Assembly: GCA_051362555.1 (NCBI GenBank)
Contig: CM120644.1
Span: 23,272,534-23,336,533, forward strand
Direction of reading: 5' to 3'
Source of the DNA: Lingula anatina
Taxonomy: Eukaryota; Animalia; Brachiopoda
Length of the DNA stretch: 64,000 bases
Made by a program: the position numbers and the translations under genes. Below are positions 60,116 to 64,000 of the stretch, one piece after another (position 1 is the stretch's first letter; each line of letters starts with the position of its first letter). The notes under the pieces are model-generated. The model did no database searches, was not told where the DNA came from, and saw only the letters and a list, made by a program, of their open reading frames with translations.

Positions 60116-62754
60116 ATGAAAAGAGCGGAGATCTGCGAGGCTTTAGCTCCTCTGAAGATTGTCGACTATCCTGAAGTTCCGCCCCCTCCCCCTAAAGGGG
60201 TTGTGGTTAAGGTGAGGGTCGGGACAAGGAGGGGTATGTAAATCTATTTCGAAGATCCGCGTTCATACTGCTTGGAGACATAGGACAGATGGTGAGATAT
60301 CTGTATGCATTTAGATCGTTTGCACGTGTGTGCGCGTGCGTGCGTGTTTTTGAGAGAGAGAGAGAGAGAGAGAGGGATTGAAACCATGACCACCTCAGTA
60401 CAATTGCACATTCATCTGAACCTCTTATATTCTGAACTGAAGTGAACTAGCTTCAACTGATTATCAGTAAGCGACGGTGATAATATCCACAAGTCAAAAT
60501 CTGGTCACAAGTCACTGGTGATTCTCTATTCTTGATATTATTAACCCAGATATACGAGTATGTCAACAGAAGTAGAGGTGTAACGAAACTGGGGGTCGTG
60601 CCATTGTCTCGTGTGCATATATAGCCTTAAACGGTATGACAGGAATGGTAGTCCGCTAGGAACCGTAGTCCGTTCGGCATTATTTAGTACAGGAGACTAA
60701 CACTTACCTGTAGCAATCAACCGACTAATCATATTATTGGAACCTCGGACTTTCATTTCTCGGACTGCTATTCCTGTCACACCATGACCCTTTGGGAATG
60801 ACATTAGTTCTTAAATTATGTCGCGTCCATAGGACATAATTACACCGTTTTGGTAACAGATTTATGCGACCGATTAATTCCTTTCTCTTTTGACTCGGTT
60901 TGAATAAAAATATGATATTTCGTGTTGTTTATTATGACGCCTTCCATAGACCTTTAATATTGTTGAGATGTTGCAGCTAATAACAATGTCCAAAATGTAT
61001 GCGGGAACCAAACAAGATGTTTAACTACCAGTAGCTCCAAGTGTGAGTGGAGGATTAATTTTTACTTCTATGCAATGCAATGTGTCTCAAAATGCGTGTT
61101 GTTGTTGACACTGAATGTTGAAAAGGAAAAGCATCGAAAAAACCCAACCAAATTTCTATTTGGTGTTTTCACGTTTTTTTTTTTCTCCAGACCATAAATT
61201 TCAACTGAAATGGTTACTCCGCACGGCTAATCTTATTCGGATATCAGAGTTGAAAGTGAATTTAACTTGTAATTTAAATTAATTACAATGCTGACCGGTC
61301 CTACCCTCTGACCACAGTGTCCGTTAGTAGTCTGTTACAAAATTATTGTATCTCCTTTTCTTCAGTTTTGTATGCTGTACCTACTATATAAAGATACTAT
61401 CAGAATGTGATTCCGTCCTACCTTCTCCTCAATTTACAGGAGAGCATTAAATCACGGGGAATCTTTTAAAAAAAAGTGACTTTGTTATCTTGACTATGGA
61501 AGTAGATGAAATGTAACGTAACTATCCAATAAAATTTACAAGTAATCACAAGTTGGACACCAACTCTTGGGTTTACAAATTATATCAGCAGATCAAAGAT
61601 CTTACACGATTCTTACTCATTATAACTTTATTTACGTAGGCTACTTAGAATGGATGAGAACCTTATATGATAGGGAGGAAACATTGTGGTTCATTCTCAG
61701 CTGTTAATTAAAAATTTAAATAGTAAAAAGTATTTCTTATGTATTGATATAAGTTTTTTATGATAAAAACGAATTAATTATAAAATATACTTCATTATAA
61801 TATATCCGTGTTCACTACTGTGAACTGGTAAACAATAAACTGTACATGTAGTAATGTAGTACTTACATCTAGATTTAAGTGACATTTGGTGAATGAATTG
61901 GTAAGTCATTCGATGCACACTTAAATCGGGCATAAGTAAGCACTGCACCTGTGCTATATTTGTTATATTTTGCGTTTTACAGCTATTCACACAAATATCA
62001 CACTTACTCCACGGGGACTCACTCTGAATGAAAAAACACCTTTTATGGCCACAATTTGGTCGAAGGAAGCTAAGATATGTTGTTACTCCGTGCATATGTC
62101 ATTTGATTTTGAATGTACTGCTAACCCCCTTCCCATGCTCCTCCTTCCCCTTCCCAAAGGAATATAACATATATATTTTTACAAATGAAAATTAAATACA
62201 GGATAATATTCGAATGTTTACTGGATTATCACACGAATAACTTCTTAGTTTCCGATGTCACAATTAATTTCGCCCTGTATTTCTTCTTCAATGTGACCTG
62301 TGCACGCACGGACAGCCCAACCTCTGCTTGAACGTGGTGGAAAGGATTGGGGCTGCAAAGCACGGAGGGTAGGGAGGACAGTACAGTAATGTGTTAAATA
62401 ATTTAAGAACAGAAGAAGGCAAATGAGAAGTGTGTATATTGTTAATCTTAAGAGAGTTGACAGTTTGATAAAGTCAACGTATGAGGTTGATATTGGAAAG
62501 TACATGTACAGAACTACATCTAGCTTCTTGCCTTGAAAATGAAGAGAGAGAGAGAGCTATGGCACTGTATTGTTTTCCTAATGTTCTCAGGTTCGCCACT
62601 CACGTGGTGGTTCCTATCACCAGTGGTGCTGTGGTGAAGATTCCCGAGGGACTGGCGCCGGAATTCGCCTGTATGGTGCTGTGTAGTGGCATCACCACGT
62701 ACAACGCCGTCCTGAAGACGAAAGAAAGAGTAACCGAAATGATCAGGATGAAAG
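60116..62754 (+). pseudogene. Zinc-dependent alcohol dehydrogenase (MDR family)-like gene, apparently damaged; continues beyond the window
   Basis: Exon 60116-60211 MKRAEICEALAPLKIVDYPEVPPPPPKGVVVK|gtgagg. Exon ~62292-62368 CDLCTHGQPNLC...KHGG|gtaggg, whose acceptor reads ttcaa rather than ttcag. Exon 62591-62754 GFATHVVVP...KIPEGLAPEFACMVLCSGITTYNAV. No CHSD or GHE exon found between them. Confidence 0.7.
60632..60784. mobile_element. Short TIR element of the ggt(a/g)tgacaggaat family in the ADH-like intron
   Basis: ggtatgacaggaat / attcctgtcacacc. Confidence 0.7.
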
Positions 62755-62873
62755 GTAATGTATTCTTCAGAAAAGAATAACATCTGCAGTGTTATTGCAC
62801 TGTTGATAGAAGAAAAATCGTATAGCCATGCTAGGGTGACATAAATCTATCCTCAACCGTCACCTCCTCTCTG

Positions 62874-64000
62874 TTTTTATGTACAGACACAGATGTGTCT
62901 GTACATATAGCCGTCATCTGCGTCTGTCGTCGCAGTCGCCGTCGTCGCCGTCGCCGTGCACTTTTACCGATAACACGATAAGTGGAAAACTGTTTTTTTC
63001 TTTTTGTTTGAACCTTACAGAACTGATGAATATTCATATGCAGCACCGATAACACGATAAGTGGAAAATAATTTTACCTTTTGGCTTGAAACTTACAGAA
63101 CTGATGCATATACATAATACGGAGGTCAAGTTCGAAAATCAGCGTGATTGGGTCATTTTTAGTGAATTTAGGCTATTTTTTCTCTTTTTTCAGCATATGT
63201 GCAGCACCGATAACACGATAAGTGGAAAACCATTTTACCTTTTGGCTTGAAACTTACAGAACTGATAAATATTCATAATACGCAGGTCAAGTTCGAAAAT
63301 CAGCACGATCGGGTCACTTATAGGGAATTTATGCTGTTTTTTCACTTTTTTCAGTATATATGCAACACTGATAACACAATATAAGAAAAACAGATTGGCC
63401 AATTGTCATTATACTCACAGTAGGGGCCAATCTTACTAAAACGCAGGTTGAGTTTGAAAATCGGCATAATCAGTTCATTATTTTAGAAGTTATGCTGTTT
63501 TTTCACATTTCCTCACATTCAATTCTTAGGCATGTTAACAGTCTCATTATTGAACTAATAAGATACGTAAAAGTGTTTGTTTGACATTTCCTGCATCTTT
63601 ACAACATTGTTAGTTGATTTTTTAAAAATGATGGTAAACTTGTTATCATGTATTGTGTAATAAAGTGTCAAAAATGGAAATAAACTCATATCATTGCAGT
63701 TTGTCAGATGCATTCATCCACTATGTTCAGAATCTCAGAATGGAGGAAGTTGGACATTTAACACTGTTCTATTGATACTTTTCCCATCTCATCAATTTTC
63801 TTCATTGGTCATATAAAAATGGAAGTAAACTGTTTATTTTATTTTATGTTAAAAAAGTGTTAAAAATGGAAATAAACCCATTTCAGAACAGTGCTGTCTT
63901 GTTTACATTTTGGTATTTTCAATATGTGACTTTGAAGTTCCATGGGCCTGAAGACTTTTGCTTGTCACATTTTCTGAATAACCATGATACTAATATTTTA
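62874..64000 (-). mobile_element. Second copy of the HINE-like element, inverted, running off the window
   Basis: Reverse complement of ~50440-51827, including the identical hairpin at 62878-62907. Confidence 0.88.

Overview
AT-rich, repeat-dense eukaryotic genomic DNA with spliceosomal introns. The repeat types suggest a marine invertebrate, probably a mollusc or other lophotrochozoan (inference). The main result is a plus-strand multi-exon gene reconstructed by hand: 35200-35802, 36060-36329, 36911-36993, 37227-37394, 37589-37808, 38054-38209, 38463-38572, 44370-44516. Every intron phase matches, giving about 585 aa without a stop. It joins a PARP-type ADP-ribosyltransferase domain with an intact H-Y-E triad to a complete caspase (SHG, QACQG, VSWR) through an 83-nt linker exon. 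The N-terminal exon(s) were not identified. Other genes are an intronless 446-aa type II membrane DxD (glycosyltransferase-like) gene, a zinc alcohol-dehydrogenase-like gene that looks damaged, and an ankyrin pseudogene. Mobile DNA includes decayed Polinton/Maverick pieces (integrase x4, major capsid, adenain-like protease), a MULE-like element carrying CG-1-like/SWIM/Ulp1/PHD domains, L2/CR1 LINE, Penelope, Tc1 and chromodomain remnants, Helentron-like (HINE) elements, many MITEs with clean TIRs/TSDs, and mini/microsatellites. All calls come from reading the sequence by eye. No database searches were run, and repeat boundaries are approximate unless TIR/TSD positions are given.
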